NCBI GenBank assembly: GCA_964291405.2
Contig: OZ219926.1
Span: 1,248,001 to 1,312,000, forward strand
DNA: 64,000 nt
Reading direction: 5' to 3'
Origin: Thermodesulfobacteriota bacterium
Lineage (GTDB): Bacteria > Desulfobacterota > Binatia > Bin18
In this document: one piece after another, positions 50,746 through 61,186 of the stretch
Position numbering within the stretch: the first letter of the stretch is position 1
Layout of the letters: every line of letters starts with the position of its first letter
Notes under the pieces: generated by a model
What the model was told of the DNA's origin: nothing
The model's input: the letters and a program-made list of their open reading frames with translations, nothing else
Databases searched by the model: none
Program-made: the position numbers and the translations under genes

Positions 50746-51264
50746 ATGAACGGTCAATCTGCAGTAGAATTTGCGACTCCGACCCGAGTCCACATTGGTT
50801 TGTCAGTCCGTGATACGGAGCGCTCCACTACATTTTATCGACACCTGTTCGCCCAGGAGCCGACCAAGGTACGCCCAGGCTACGCAAAATTCGAGGTCGC
50901 CGACCCTCCCGTGAACCTCACATTGAATGCAGATGCGGACCGACAGACCCGGCCCGGTCCAAGTGCCCACTTCGGGGTTCAGGTCAAATCAACCGAGACC
51001 GTCGCTCGGATCGCAACCCGGTTGCAGGCCACGGGGCTCAATCCACGCCTGGAAGATGCCGTCTCGTGTTGTTACGCTGTGCAGGACAAAGCCTGGGTCA
51101 CCGACCCGGACGGGAACGCCTGGGAGATTTTTGTGGTCCTGGATGCCGATGCGCCAGATTACACAAGAACGAAGCGGAATGCCGGCGATGCGGGAACGGG
51201 TGACGCTGCACACCAAGAAGCCACTCAAAGCTCTTGTTGTGCAGTCGAATGCTGTTCGGAATAG
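50746..51264 (+). CDS. ArsI/CadI family VOC metalloenzyme
   Basis: PTKVRPGYAKF..DPPVN, HFGVQV, CCYAVQDK.WV.DPDGN.WE; Cys-rich tail; GGAGG RBS. Confidence 0.9.
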   Translation: MNGQSAVEFATPTRVHIGLSVRDTERSTTFYRHLFAQEPTKVRPGYAKFEVADPPVNLTLNADADRQTRPGPSAHFGVQVKSTETVARIATRLQATGLNPRLEDAVSCCYAVQDKAWVTDPDGNAWEIFVVLDADAPDYTRTKRNAGDAGTGDAAHQEATQSSCCAVECCSE

Positions 51265-51272
51265 GAGGCCGG

Positions 51273-51860
51273 ATGAACGTCTCAACTGAGCATGCCTGGC
51301 AGACGCTGAGCCAGCAGATGCGCGCGTTCTTTCGCCGCCGTGTCACGGATGACCAATTGGCGGAAGACCTGCTCCAAGAGACGTTTGTACGGGTCCACAA
51401 CGGACTCGCCTCCCTCCAGGAACAGGAACGGCTGGCAGCCTGGGTCCAGCGGGTTGCCCATAACACGCTGAGAGATTATTTCCGCAAGGGCTTCGTCTCG
51501 AAAGAGGTACTCGCCCCTGACGGTGTCGTGGCGGAGGCTATTCCTGAAGAGCACATCTCAGACGATAACTATAATCAGGAGATCGCGGGCGGCCTAGGGG
51601 ACATCGTGCAGCAGCTGCCGCCACGGTATCGTGAGGCAATAGAGCTAGCGGAACTCGAAGGGCTGACACAAAGTGAGGTCGGTGCACGCTTAGGCTTGTC
51701 CCTGTCTGGGGCCAAGTCTCGCGTCCAACGCGGTCGGGATAAGCTGAAAGATCTGTTACTGGAGTGCTGCCATTTTGAGCTTGACCGGCACGGCAACGTG
51801 GTCGATTACCAGCCGCAGCGCGCGTGTTCTGACTGCTGCGGAAACCCGGTTAAGACCTAA
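51273..51860 (+). CDS. sigZ: ECF sigma factor, SigZ-like
   Basis: AEDLLQETF, AWV.R.A.N...DY.RK, LP..YREAI.L.ELEG, SGAKSRVQRGR, CCHFELDR.GN. Confidence 0.88.
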   Translation: MNVSTEHAWQTLSQQMRAFFRRRVTDDQLAEDLLQETFVRVHNGLASLQEQERLAAWVQRVAHNTLRDYFRKGFVSKEVLAPDGVVAEAIPEEHISDDNYNQEIAGGLGDIVQQLPPRYREAIELAELEGLTQSEVGARLGLSLSGAKSRVQRGRDKLKDLLLECCHFELDRHGNVVDYQPQRACSDCCGNPVKT

Positions 51861-52070
51861 GCCGCCCCGGTCATGGCGAGCCAGGCAGATAGCCGCTACG
51901 GGGAAAGAGGAATCGCTCCAGAGGGAGACGCTCAACACCTCTCATAGAGCGCCTGTCCATTGTGTAGACTCCTCCCTCGCCCACCCCCCGGTTGCTCCAT
52001 ACGCGTGAGCAACTGCACATTGCATCCTTTTTCGAGACCGCATAGTTTTCAGACAGAGAGGAATAAAACT

Positions 52071-52505
52071 ATGCCGCATGAAACCTTGTTAAAATTCAAT
52101 TACCCGAACACTCTGCTGCGCGAGTATACGCACTGGGCGGTCTTACTGCGTCCACAGCAAGTGACAGTCGGTTCACTCGTGCTGGTGTGTCGCGCAGAAG
52201 TCACGAGTATGGCGGAGGTCTCAGCCGAGGCTTTTGCCGAGTTGCAGACGGTTACGGCTGACCTGGAGGGAATGCTCAAAAAAGTCTTCGCCTTTGACAA
52301 AATTAACTATCTGTTACTTATGATGGTCGATAGGCATGTCCACTTTCATGTCATTCCGCGCTACGCCACCCCGCGGACGGTAGGTGGTGTTGAGTTTCCT
52401 GACCGAGCGTGGCCCAAGCCGCCTGACGTCACGCAAGCGCTGGAGTTGACCGAGCAGCAGTTTGCGGAATTATTCCAACTGCTTCGGACGGCGTGGCCGA
52501 CATAA
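52071..52505 (+). CDS. HIT family protein
   Basis: Q.TVGSLVL, KINYL.LMMVD.HVHFHVIPRY. Confidence 0.9.
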   Translation: MPHETLLKFNYPNTLLREYTHWAVLLRPQQVTVGSLVLVCRAEVTSMAEVSAEAFAELQTVTADLEGMLKKVFAFDKINYLLLMMVDRHVHFHVIPRYATPRTVGGVEFPDRAWPKPPDVTQALELTEQQFAELFQLLRTAWPT

Positions 52506-52662
52506 GGCATCGGACGCAGCCAGCCCTTCGATGTCAAGGCTCGCGCCTCTCCTAGAGAAATGTTCACGATCTTCGAGAAAAATATCTGCCACGTAAAAAT
52601 ATCGGAGGAAAGATCGATAGGGGGGTTGCAAAATCTGCACTAACAGCTAGTAAGCTATAGCT

Positions 52663-52986
52663 ATGATGCATGCTGCTGTGGATATGATGATGATGGTGGA
52701 TGTGGAAGGTGGCGAGCAGCAGCCCCGCTATTCGTCATACAACCCATTCAAAGCGCTCCTCCGCAACGTCTTATCCGATGCCTTTGTGGTACGCGATTTG
52801 GTGCGGAAGGGTAACAGCTTGTTTCTCTCTCAGTTTGAGTTAGACCGGATGTGGTTCTTCTCAAAAGATGAGAGCCCGTTCAGCTTCCTGTGGATCTGTC
52901 AGCACCTGGCTCTCGACCCGCAGAAGATCCAAGCCCTGTATTGCTCTGCTGAGCCGACGAGGATCCCACGTTGGTGGGCGGCGTAA
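52663..52986 (+). CDS. hypothetical protein (WF...PFSF..IC..L.LDP motif)
   Basis: Sits alone in an intergenic gap; protein-like conserved-looking motif. Confidence 0.6.
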   Translation: MMHAAVDMMMMVDVEGGEQQPRYSSYNPFKALLRNVLSDAFVVRDLVRKGNSLFLSQFELDRMWFFSKDESPFSFLWICQHLALDPQKIQALYCSAEPTRIPRWWAA

Positions 52987-53018
52987 GAGAGAACTGCGGC
53001 TCTTGCCGCGAGACAAGT

Positions 53019-54857
53019 TTACCGCTCAGCCTTTGCCTTTCGTAAGGCCTCGGTCAAGAGCGGCACGACTTCGGCGTAGTCGCCGACAATGCCGAGATCG
53101 GCCGTTTTGAATATCGGCGCTTTCGCTTTGATGTTGATAGCCACAATGGTGCCGGCCTTGCGCAAACCCACCATATGCTCGAACGCGCCTCGAATACCAA
53201 TGGCAAAATACAGCTTCGGTGCGATCGCCCGACCGGTGATGCCGACCTGATGTTGTCGGGGAAGCCAACCCAGGTCCGAAATATCCCGCGTCGAAGCCAG
53301 TGGCACCCCGCCTAACACAGCGGCCAGTTGTTCAATCACGGGCAGATTCTCCGGCCCGCCTACACCTTTCCCAACGCCAATGGCGATATCTGCGGCATCC
53401 AGGGCCGCGGCTTTGGCTGCGTCGGCGCCCGTTTGTGACACCAGTTGCACCCGGCTGTGAATATCGTCCTCAAGCGTCAGTCTTTCCACCCGTGCCTGAC
53501 GGCCGGCAACGGGCTGAGAGGGGGACAGCATACCAGGTCGGACCGTTGCCATTACGGGTGTTGTTTTCGACAGAATCGGTGCAACGATATTGCCGCCAAA
53601 CGCGGGCTTGAGTTGCAGCAAGCGCCCCTGATCGTCAACTTCCAAATCCACGCAATCGCCGGTGAGGCCCAGGCCAAGCCGCGCCGCAACCCGCGGCGCC
53701 AAGTCGCGGCCAATCGCGGTTGAACCCAACAGCAGCACCTGGGGCTTGTGGGTTTGAACCGCCCGACTCAAAAGCGCGGCGTAGAGGTCGGTGTCATAGC
53801 AGGCAAGACGAGCATCCTCGGCCCGATAGACCACGTCGGCGCCATACTCAGCTAAAGGTGCAATATGCGCTTCAAGACCGTTGCCGATTAAAACAGCACC
53901 CACTTCACCGCCGTACTGGGTCGACAGCTCAACAGCTTTTCCCAAAAGCTCAAAGCTGACCGGCCGGAGCGTGTCACCTAAGGTTTCAGCCACAACCCAG
54001 ATGGCCTTTCCCGGCTCGGGGTCAGCACTTCGGACTTTCTTTTCGTCCGCGGTCCCATCATCGGTCCACGTTCCAAACAGCCCACGAGCTAACAGTGCTT
54101 GGACCAGGGTATCGATCTGTTCAGGTAATTCCCCTTCGAGCACACGGCTTTCACGGTTGTCTTCAACAGTCTGGACAGACTCCACCCAGGTCGGCGATCC
54201 TGCGGCCCCAAATCGCGCAAGGTCCGCAGAAAGGTCACCTGCCGTCACCATCTCCACCGGCTTCTCTTGGGCAGCCTGTCGATCGGCTTTCCTGGGGAAG
54301 CGTTCCGGCGCCAGATCTTCGGTGGCTGACACCAAGACCGGCAGGGGGCAGTCAAGGGTGTCAAAACCGCTATCGGTCTCACGCTCAACCCGGAGAGTCT
54401 TTCCATTGGTGTTGAGCGTTAATGCGGCCACGCCCGTCACCTGAGGAATATCAAGCAACTCGGCAATCTCCGGTCCAACCTGACCGGTTTCCGCATCGGT
54501 GCTATGCCGGCCACACAGGATGAGGTCATAGCCTTCTCGCTCGCACGCCAGGGCTAAGGTGCGCGCAGTCGCCAGCGTGTCTGCCCCGGCAAAAGCCCGG
54601 TCCGTCAAATGCACGGCCCGGTCCGCTCCCAGGGCCAGGCAGTAGCGCAGCGCCTCCTCTGCCTGGGGTGGTCCCATCGTCAGCGCAACCACTTCGCCGC
54701 CGTGTTCGTCCCGCAGTTCCAGCGCTTTCAACAATCCACGGATATCAAATGAACTGACCTCGGACGGCACGCCCTCCCGCTGGAGGGTTTTTGTTTCCGG
54801 GTCGAGCTTCATGGCCGAAACCATGGGCACCTGCTTCACCAACACAATACTCTTCAT
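53019..54857 (-). CDS. fused electron-transfer flavoprotein beta/alpha subunits
   Basis: Beta motifs VLVKQVP, TMGP, GADTLAT, DAETGQV; alpha motifs GRDLAPRVAARL..GLTGDC, PAFGGN, QVGITG, LYFAIGIRGAFEH. Confidence 0.92.
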   Translation of the reverse strand: MKSIVLVKQVPMVSAMKLDPETKTLQREGVPSEVSSFDIRGLLKALELRDEHGGEVVALTMGPPQAEEALRYCLALGADRAVHLTDRAFAGADTLATARTLALACEREGYDLILCGRHSTDAETGQVGPEIAELLDIPQVTGVAALTLNTNGKTLRVERETDSGFDTLDCPLPVLVSATEDLAPERFPRKADRQAAQEKPVEMVTAGDLSADLARFGAAGSPTWVESVQTVEDNRESRVLEGELPEQIDTLVQALLARGLFGTWTDDGTADEKKVRSADPEPGKAIWVVAETLGDTLRPVSFELLGKAVELSTQYGGEVGAVLIGNGLEAHIAPLAEYGADVVYRAEDARLACYDTDLYAALLSRAVQTHKPQVLLLGSTAIGRDLAPRVAARLGLGLTGDCVDLEVDDQGRLLQLKPAFGGNIVAPILSKTTPVMATVRPGMLSPSQPVAGRQARVERLTLEDDIHSRVQLVSQTGADAAKAAALDAADIAIGVGKGVGGPENLPVIEQLAAVLGGVPLASTRDISDLGWLPRQHQVGITGRAIAPKLYFAIGIRGAFEHMVGLRKAGTIVAINIKAKAPIFKTADLGIVGDYAEVVPLLTEALRKAKAER

Positions 54858-55071
54858 AGATACGCCCACTCCCTGGATCAAAGCGGTGCGCAGCAACCTA
54901 TCTTGCGTAGCCGCACAGCGTCAACCAAGCAGGCTGTCCGTTCTCAGGCACAGCTCCCGCGGGCATACACTCCCAGCGGTGAAGGCAAAAGAGTCGCCGT
55001 CGAGAACGGTTTTAGTCGGGACCGGGTAGGAGAACGCTGTGACCGGAGAAAGGAGGAGATACTAACTGGAG

Positions 55072-55524
55072 CTACTCCGCCCCGCGTCCGGGTGTATATT
55101 CGTCGGCCGTGAGGCTGTAGTAGGTAATGATCTTGCGTTCCTTAAACCACCAGCGGCCTTCGTCTTTGATGAGTTTGTCATCATAGCGACCAAAGACGAT
55201 CATGGGCTTATTCGTCGACTTTGTGATGGCGTCAGCATCCAGATAGCAGGTTGAGGTGGCCTCGTTGCCTGATACTTCAATCACGGGCGACTCGATTTTG
55301 TGGCGCAGAAAGCGCACGCCGTTCCGTAGTGTATTGTCGTAGTTGGCATACCAGCCCTTCACGGCGTCGCGGCCCTCATAGCGCTTGTCGCTTTCGTATG
55401 CCGGAAGCAGAACCGCGTCGGTATGAAACAGGTCGGCGATTTCGTCTACCGTGCCACGGTCTACCACATGGCAGTAGGTATGGAGCAGTTGCTGAATGGC
55501 AATAATATCGTCCGCGTAAGACAT
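55072..55524 (-). CDS. NTF2/SnoaL-like family protein
   Basis: D..AIQQL..TYC..VD, RH, GRYDD.L....GRWWFKER; GGAGG RBS. Confidence 0.85.
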   Translation of the reverse strand: MSYADDIIAIQQLLHTYCHVVDRGTVDEIADLFHTDAVLLPAYESDKRYEGRDAVKGWYANYDNTLRNGVRFLRHKIESPVIEVSGNEATSTCYLDADAITKSTNKPMIVFGRYDDKLIKDEGRWWFKERKIITYYSLTADEYTPGRGAE

Positions 55525-55546
55525 GCTCGGTCCTCCTGTTGCGTAT

Positions 55547-56404
55547 TTATTGTCTCCGTCCACGTATCCGGAGTAATTCGTTAATCGTGAGATCGATATC
55601 CTCATCTCGCAAGAGCGGCGCCGCGACGCGCTTCCGCCGGGCGACATCGAGGCTGATGTCCGCGGTCACAAAATCTTCCTCGTAATAGCGTCCTTTGGCA
55701 ATACATTGCCCAAAAGGATCGATCACCTCTGAGCCACCCCAGAACCCCACTCCATCTTCAAATCCGGCACGATTAGCGTAGATCACAAACACCCCGAAGG
55801 TTTCGGCATAGACGCGATTCAGCGCCTCCCAATAGCGCGCGTTCTCGTCCCGTTCTCTATTGTCGACAATGCCACGGAGCGGGCTGGACGACGGACAGAT
55901 GAGCATCAGGGCCTGATCGAGGGTCGCAATATACGCCGTGGACGGATGCCACAGATCTTCACATACCAGGGTTGCCGCGCGACCGTACGGGGTGTCAAAG
56001 GCGCGCACGCTATCCCCGCGCGCGAAATAGCGTTGCTCGTCAAACATGCCGTAGGTCGGGAGATAGACCTTGCGATGAACGTGGCGGATATCGCCCGCCC
56101 GGAGATAAACGGCAGAGTTATAAAAACGAAAGTCCGGGCTCTCTTCGACCAGCCCGACCAGACAGGCCACCGATTTGCTCAGCTCCCGCAGTTGGGCGAA
56201 CTCCGGCGCGTCTTGACGCAGGGCAACCGTCGCCACCATGTCCCGCAAGTGATAGCCGGTCAGACTCAACTCGGGAAAAATGAGAAGCTCAACGTCCTCG
56301 TTCTTGGCGCGATCGATGGCCTGTTCGTAGAGGGTCAGGTTGGCGGCAACATCTCCGAGGCGCGGGCTGAGCTGGGCAAGGCCGATTTTGAAGTGCGCGT
56401 TCAC
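55547..56404 (-). CDS. nitrilase-family C-N hydrolase (NadE glutaminase-domain-like)
   Basis: LAQ..P.LGD...N, FPELSLTGY, HRKVYLPTYGMFDE.RYF, VCEDLWH, NRAGFEDG..FWGGS; GTG start approximate. Confidence 0.88.
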   Translation of the reverse strand: MNAHFKIGLAQLSPRLGDVAANLTLYEQAIDRAKNEDVELLIFPELSLTGYHLRDMVATVALRQDAPEFAQLRELSKSVACLVGLVEESPDFRFYNSAVYLRAGDIRHVHRKVYLPTYGMFDEQRYFARGDSVRAFDTPYGRAATLVCEDLWHPSTAYIATLDQALMLICPSSSPLRGIVDNRERDENARYWEALNRVYAETFGVFVIYANRAGFEDGVGFWGGSEVIDPFGQCIAKGRYYEEDFVTADISLDVARRKRVAAPLLRDEDIDLTINELLRIRGRRQ

Positions 56405-56417
56405 AGTGACACGGTGG

Positions 56418-56948
56418 TTACGCGGTGCTTCCTTTTCCAAACAGACTACTCAGCCATCTGACGAAGGTCCGCCACAGCCCTTCCCGTTTCCCGGTTTTGA
56501 CCTCGTCGGGCAAGGCTTGAATTTCGGCCTCCATGGCCCTGAAGAACTGGCCGATCAGCATCTTTGCCGCACCGTCTACCAGGCGTTGTCCGACGCTGGC
56601 CAGCAGCCCGCCGATCTGGACATCCCCGTGGTAGGTCAGGATGGTCTGGCCGTTTTGCTCGGCTAAATCAACCGTGCCCGTCCCCTTGAGAAAGCCCTGC
56701 TTACCCTTTCCATCAAGGCTAAGCTTGTAATGCGAGGGGGGCTGGATCTCCTCCATCTTGACCGTCCCGTTATAGACGCCCTTGACCGCGGCCACACCAA
56801 CCTTGATCTCCCCGCTGTACTCATTCTCGCCGCTCTCTGTCAGACTCTCACAGCCGGGCATGCACTTGGCGAGTTGGTTCGGGTCGGTCAGAAAATTCCA
56901 CACCTTCTGTTGGGAGGCTGGAATGGTTCGTGTTCCGTTGAGTTTCAT
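56418..56948 (-). CDS. CoxG/SRPBCC family protein
   Basis: VW..LTDP..L..C.PGCE, KVGVAAVKG, GGLLASVGQRL. Confidence 0.88.
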   Translation of the reverse strand: MKLNGTRTIPASQQKVWNFLTDPNQLAKCMPGCESLTESGENEYSGEIKVGVAAVKGVYNGTVKMEEIQPPSHYKLSLDGKGKQGFLKGTGTVDLAEQNGQTILTYHGDVQIGGLLASVGQRLVDGAAKMLIGQFFRAMEAEIQALPDEVKTGKREGLWRTFVRWLSSLFGKGSTA

Positions 56949-56986
56949 AGGTGTTGTCCTGTTCGTGCGGGTTCGCTCCTGACAGC

Positions 56987-58153
56987 TTATGCTCTGAGTG
57001 ACCGGAAAAAGGCGCGGATATCATCGACCAGGAGTTCGGGTTCTTCCATTGGCGCGAAATGTCCACCCGAGGGCATGGACGTCCACCGTTGTAAATTGTA
57101 ATACCCTTCGGCCCATTTGCGCGGCATGAGAATAACTTCTTCTGAAAAAACCGCAACGCCAGTCGGTGCCTGGACAATCGGAGTCTTCTCATGCGACGGC
57201 TTCCAGGGGTTATGGGTTGCTTCATAATAGTAGCGTGCAGATGTGCCAAAGCTCTGGGTAACCCAGTATAACGTCATCGTGGTACACAGGTCATCCTTGC
57301 TAAACCGTTTTTCGACATCTCCGTTGCAGTCGCTCCAGGTACGGCGCTTTTCCAGGATCCAGGCACACAGCCCGACCGGAGAGTCATTCAGGGCAAAGGA
57401 CAGGGTTTGCGGCTTGGTGGTCTGCAAGGCGGAATAGCCGCTCTCAGCGGCAAAAAAATTCAGGTTCTTTTCGTACCAGCCCTCCTCCCCCGGACCATAC
57501 TCGGACGCCGCGGGCATGGGGCCGACAAAAACATCCAGCGGAACCATAAGGTTGACATGACAGCCGAGTAGGTGCTCGGCGTACTTATGCCCAAGCTGGG
57601 CGGTAATGAGCGCGCCCCAGTCTCCGCCCTGGGCGGCGAATTTTTCATAGCCCAAGACACCTTGCATGAGCCCGCGCCACAGGTCGGCCGTTCGCCAGAA
57701 ATTGATACCTGGGGTGGTCAGCGGGGTGGAAAATCCATATCCCGGCAGGGACGGTACAACCACATCAAACGCATCGTTCGGGTCGCCGCCAAACGCGGCC
57801 GGGTCGGCCAGCGGCCGAATGACTTTATGAAAGTCCCAGAAGGTCCACGGCCAACCGTGGCTCAGGATCAGCGGTGTCGGATTTGGGCCTTTTCCCGGCT
57901 CGTGTATGAAATGGATCGGAACGCCGTCCATCGTCGTCTTATAGTGGGAGAAGGCGTTCATCTCGCGTTCAACCGCACGCCAGTCGTAGTCGGTGCGCCA
58001 GTACTCGACCAGCTCTTGGAGATAGGCTTGATTCGTCCCGTACGCCCACTGCTCGTTGGCAAACTCGCCCGGCCAGCGCGCCTTTGCCAGCCGCTCCCGC
58101 AGGTCCCTCAACACCTCATCCGGGACAGAGACCGTAAACGCTTCCTTGCTCAT
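56987..58153 (-). CDS. epoxide hydrolase (microsomal-type)
   Basis: YDWR..E..MN, HGWP, PSLPGYGFS, QGGDWG, DSPVGL, GGHFAPMEEP. Confidence 0.93.
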   Translation of the reverse strand: MSKEAFTVSVPDEVLRDLRERLAKARWPGEFANEQWAYGTNQAYLQELVEYWRTDYDWRAVEREMNAFSHYKTTMDGVPIHFIHEPGKGPNPTPLILSHGWPWTFWDFHKVIRPLADPAAFGGDPNDAFDVVVPSLPGYGFSTPLTTPGINFWRTADLWRGLMQGVLGYEKFAAQGGDWGALITAQLGHKYAEHLLGCHVNLMVPLDVFVGPMPAASEYGPGEEGWYEKNLNFFAAESGYSALQTTKPQTLSFALNDSPVGLCAWILEKRRTWSDCNGDVEKRFSKDDLCTTMTLYWVTQSFGTSARYYYEATHNPWKPSHEKTPIVQAPTGVAVFSEEVILMPRKWAEGYYNLQRWTSMPSGGHFAPMEEPELLVDDIRAFFRSLRA

Positions 58154-58308
58154 GACGCCCTCCTTTCTGACTCATCCAGTGCGTTGCGCACCCAGCAGGA
58201 CAGATACTGCCCTAAAGAGTAAACGTGTCCTCCAATAGACATGAGATGCTGGACACGTTTACTCTTTTCCCCACGGCTGGCAAGAGGGGCATCTTCCTGC
58301 CGAAACGC

Positions 58309-60156
58309 TCAGTCCACCTCGACTGTCGCCGGCGCTACGTCGGGCTGCCTCTCGAACTGAGCGGCAACTCTTTCCAGCTCTTCCCCGGATATGGTCTCTT
58401 TCTCTAATAAGACCTGGGCGGCCTGACGCAGAATGGGGAGCTTCGCCTTCAATATTGTGGTGATACGTGCGTGCTGGTCCTCGATAATACGGCGGACCTC
58501 ATTATCGATCTCCCGAGCGGTCTCCTCGCTGTAGTCACCCGGTCCGTGCGGTTGGCCGTTTTGCAGAAACATGGGCTGGCGCTCCTGGTCAAAGCTTTGC
58601 TGACCGAGCGTATCGCTCATGCCGTAGGCTTTGACCATACTCCTGGCCGTATCCGTTGCCTTGAGCAGATCGTCCCGGGCCCCAGTCGAAACCTCCTGGT
58701 AAATCAGCTCTTCGGCCACCCGACCGCCGAGGAGCACCGCAATTTTGTTTTCCAACTCGGATTTGGTCATCAGAAACCGATCTTCGCTCGGCAGTTGGAG
58801 GGTATAGCCCAAGGCCGCGACACCCCGCGGAATAATCGAAATCTTTTGTACTTCATCCGACCCCGGTAACGACATGCCCGCCAACGCATGCCCAATCTCG
58901 TGGTGGGCGACGCGCGCCTTTTCTTTTTGGCCTAGGACACGATTCTTCTTTTCCAGTCCGGCAATCACCCGCTCAACCGCTTCCTGGAGTTCGGATAAGC
59001 CCACCGTGTCCTTGCCGCGCCGGACCGCCAGCAGCGCCGACTCGTTGACGATATTAGCCAAGTCGGCACCGGCAAAGCCCGGTGTCATGGCAGCAACCAC
59101 TTCCAGGTCGGTTTCAGCCTCAAGGGGAACAGCGCGGGCGTGCACCTGAAGAATGGCCAGCCGGCCGGTTTTATCCGGCCGGTCTACCACCACGTTACGG
59201 TCAAAGCGCCCGGCCCGCAGCAGGGCTTGGTCCAGAATCTCAGGTCGGTTGGTGGCTGCCATCAGAATGACACCGGCCCGCTGATCAAACCCGTCCATCT
59301 CCACGAGTAGCTGGTTCAGGGTCTGTTCCCGCTCATCGTGCGAGACGGGTCCCATACCACGCGCTTTGCCCAGGGCGTCCAGTTCATCCATGAAAATAAT
59401 GCAGGGGGCCTTTTCTTTGGCCTGGGTAAATAGGTCTCGAACTCTGGCCGCCCCGACGCCGACAAACATCTCCACAAACTCGGAGCCGCTGATCGAGAAA
59501 AACGGCACCTGAGCTTCCCCCGCCACCGCCTTGGCCAGGAGGGTTTTCCCGGTTCCCGGCGGCCCAGCCAGCAAAATACCTTTTGGGATTTTCCCTCCCA
59601 GCCGGCCAAATTTTTCTGGCGTCTTGAGAAACTCAATGACTTCCTGGAGCTCCGTCTTGGCTTCTTCAACTCCGGCCACATCGGTGAAGCGGACTTTGAC
59701 ATCCTGCTCCATATAAATCTTGGCTTTGCTCTTCCCGATCGACATAAAACCGCCACCGAAGCCTCCACGCTGGGCCATCCGCCGCATGAGAATCAGCCAG
59801 ACGCCAAAGAATAACAGGACAGGCAAAATCCAGGACAACAGGTCGCTGACAAAGGTGCTCTCAATCTCCCCGGCGAAGCGCACCTCGCGGGTGGCCAACT
59901 GCTCGGCCAAGTCGGGTGCCACCCGGACCGTCACAAACTGGCTGGGCTGTCCTTCGACGAGATCTTTGAGCGTGCCTTGGATGTAGTGCTCTGAGATACG
60001 AATCTCTGCGATACGACCGTCATTCAAGTATTCCTGAAACTGACTGTAGGGGATCTGTTCAATGCGGGTCGCCTGCATCCATACGCTATGCAGGATGACG
60101 ACACCCCAGAGCGCAATAAAAAGATACCAGATGTTAAACTTTGTCTTTTTGTCCAT
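58309..60156 (-). CDS. ftsH: ATP-dependent zinc metalloprotease FtsH
   Basis: Two TM segments; [36 protein letters not shown]. Confidence 0.96.
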   Translation of the reverse strand: MDKKTKFNIWYLFIALWGVVILHSVWMQATRIEQIPYSQFQEYLNDGRIAEIRISEHYIQGTLKDLVEGQPSQFVTVRVAPDLAEQLATREVRFAGEIESTFVSDLLSWILPVLLFFGVWLILMRRMAQRGGFGGGFMSIGKSKAKIYMEQDVKVRFTDVAGVEEAKTELQEVIEFLKTPEKFGRLGGKIPKGILLAGPPGTGKTLLAKAVAGEAQVPFFSISGSEFVEMFVGVGAARVRDLFTQAKEKAPCIIFMDELDALGKARGMGPVSHDEREQTLNQLLVEMDGFDQRAGVILMAATNRPEILDQALLRAGRFDRNVVVDRPDKTGRLAILQVHARAVPLEAETDLEVVAAMTPGFAGADLANIVNESALLAVRRGKDTVGLSELQEAVERVIAGLEKKNRVLGQKEKARVAHHEIGHALAGMSLPGSDEVQKISIIPRGVAALGYTLQLPSEDRFLMTKSELENKIAVLLGGRVAEELIYQEVSTGARDDLLKATDTARSMVKAYGMSDTLGQQSFDQERQPMFLQNGQPHGPGDYSEETAREIDNEVRRIIEDQHARITTILKAKLPILRQAAQVLLEKETISGEELERVAAQFERQPDVAPATVEVD

Positions 60157-60290
60157 GGCTGCTCCATTATAGCGCGCCGAAACCGACTGCCTAGTCAACG
60201 TCGTCTTTCTACTGACGGAGCCCGGCGTTCCGCGTCAGGACGCGGCATTCGCCTTGCACTTTCATCTGAGCCGGGCAATAGTCAGTACCC

Positions 60291-61124
60291 ATGCGTCACT
60301 CCCCCACGAACCGCTTCATCCATGTAAGCGGTCTTGCCCTGCATTACCTGGAATGGGGCGAGGCGACGAATCCCGCGCTCATCCTGCTTCACGGCGGTTC
60401 GGCGCATGCCCATTGGTGGGACCATATGGCCCCGGCGCTGGCACAGACGCACCGTGTGCTTGCCTTCGATCTCCGCGGTCATGGAGAGAGCGCCTGGACG
60501 CACCCGCCCGCCTACGAGATCACGGATTACGTTGCAGACCTTGAAGGCGTTGTCGCCGCTCTTGAACTCGATGCTCCCATTCTTATGGGTCACTCGCTCG
60601 GGGGCTTTGTGGCACTGCGTTATGCCACAACAGCTACAACGAGCTGTGGCGCATGCGTTATTGTTGATATCGGTCCCCGGCTGCGCTCGAGTCGCACCAT
60701 GCGTCTGCTGCGTTCTCTGCCTCCGCCAGTGTACTCCACCGAGGCTGATGTCTACACTCGATTTCGCCTGCTGCCGGCAGAGACACGAGCAACGCCTGAG
60801 TTGCTGAGACATATTGCCCTCCATAGCGTAAGACCGGACCATACAGGGCGTTTCCACCTGAAAAGCGATCGTGCGGTCATGACCCGTCAGCCGTGTGACC
60901 TGGAGCCCCAGCTTACACGTATCGCTTGCCCCATCCTGTTTATCCGAGGCCAACACAGCAGCACCCTCTCGGCTGAGCGATTAGCCCACTTGGTCCAGGC
61001 CTGTCCGCGGGCCACAGGGATTGAAATTCCCCAGGCCGGACACCATGTTTTTCTCGACCAGCCCGCAGCCTTTCTTGACACGGTGACCACTTTCCTGCAC
61101 GAGACAAGCAAGGCTCCCGCCTGA
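60291..61124 (+). CDS. alpha/beta hydrolase
   Basis: LLHGG, DLRGHGES, GHSLGG, AGHHV. Confidence 0.9.
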   Translation: MRHSPTNRFIHVSGLALHYLEWGEATNPALILLHGGSAHAHWWDHMAPALAQTHRVLAFDLRGHGESAWTHPPAYEITDYVADLEGVVAALELDAPILMGHSLGGFVALRYATTATTSCGACVIVDIGPRLRSSRTMRLLRSLPPPVYSTEADVYTRFRLLPAETRATPELLRHIALHSVRPDHTGRFHLKSDRAVMTRQPCDLEPQLTRIACPILFIRGQHSSTLSAERLAHLVQACPRATGIEIPQAGHHVFLDQPAAFLDTVTTFLHETSKAPA

Positions 61125-61186
61125 TTCACGCAGAGAGTCCAGAGTGGATGCTCTTCAGGCGCTGGTGGCAATAGGAGGTAGGGTCT

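Noticed and set aside
56418-56948. CO dehydrogenase locus implied by a CoxG-like gene
   Set aside because: No coxL, coxM or coxS in the window; CoxG-like proteins often occur alone
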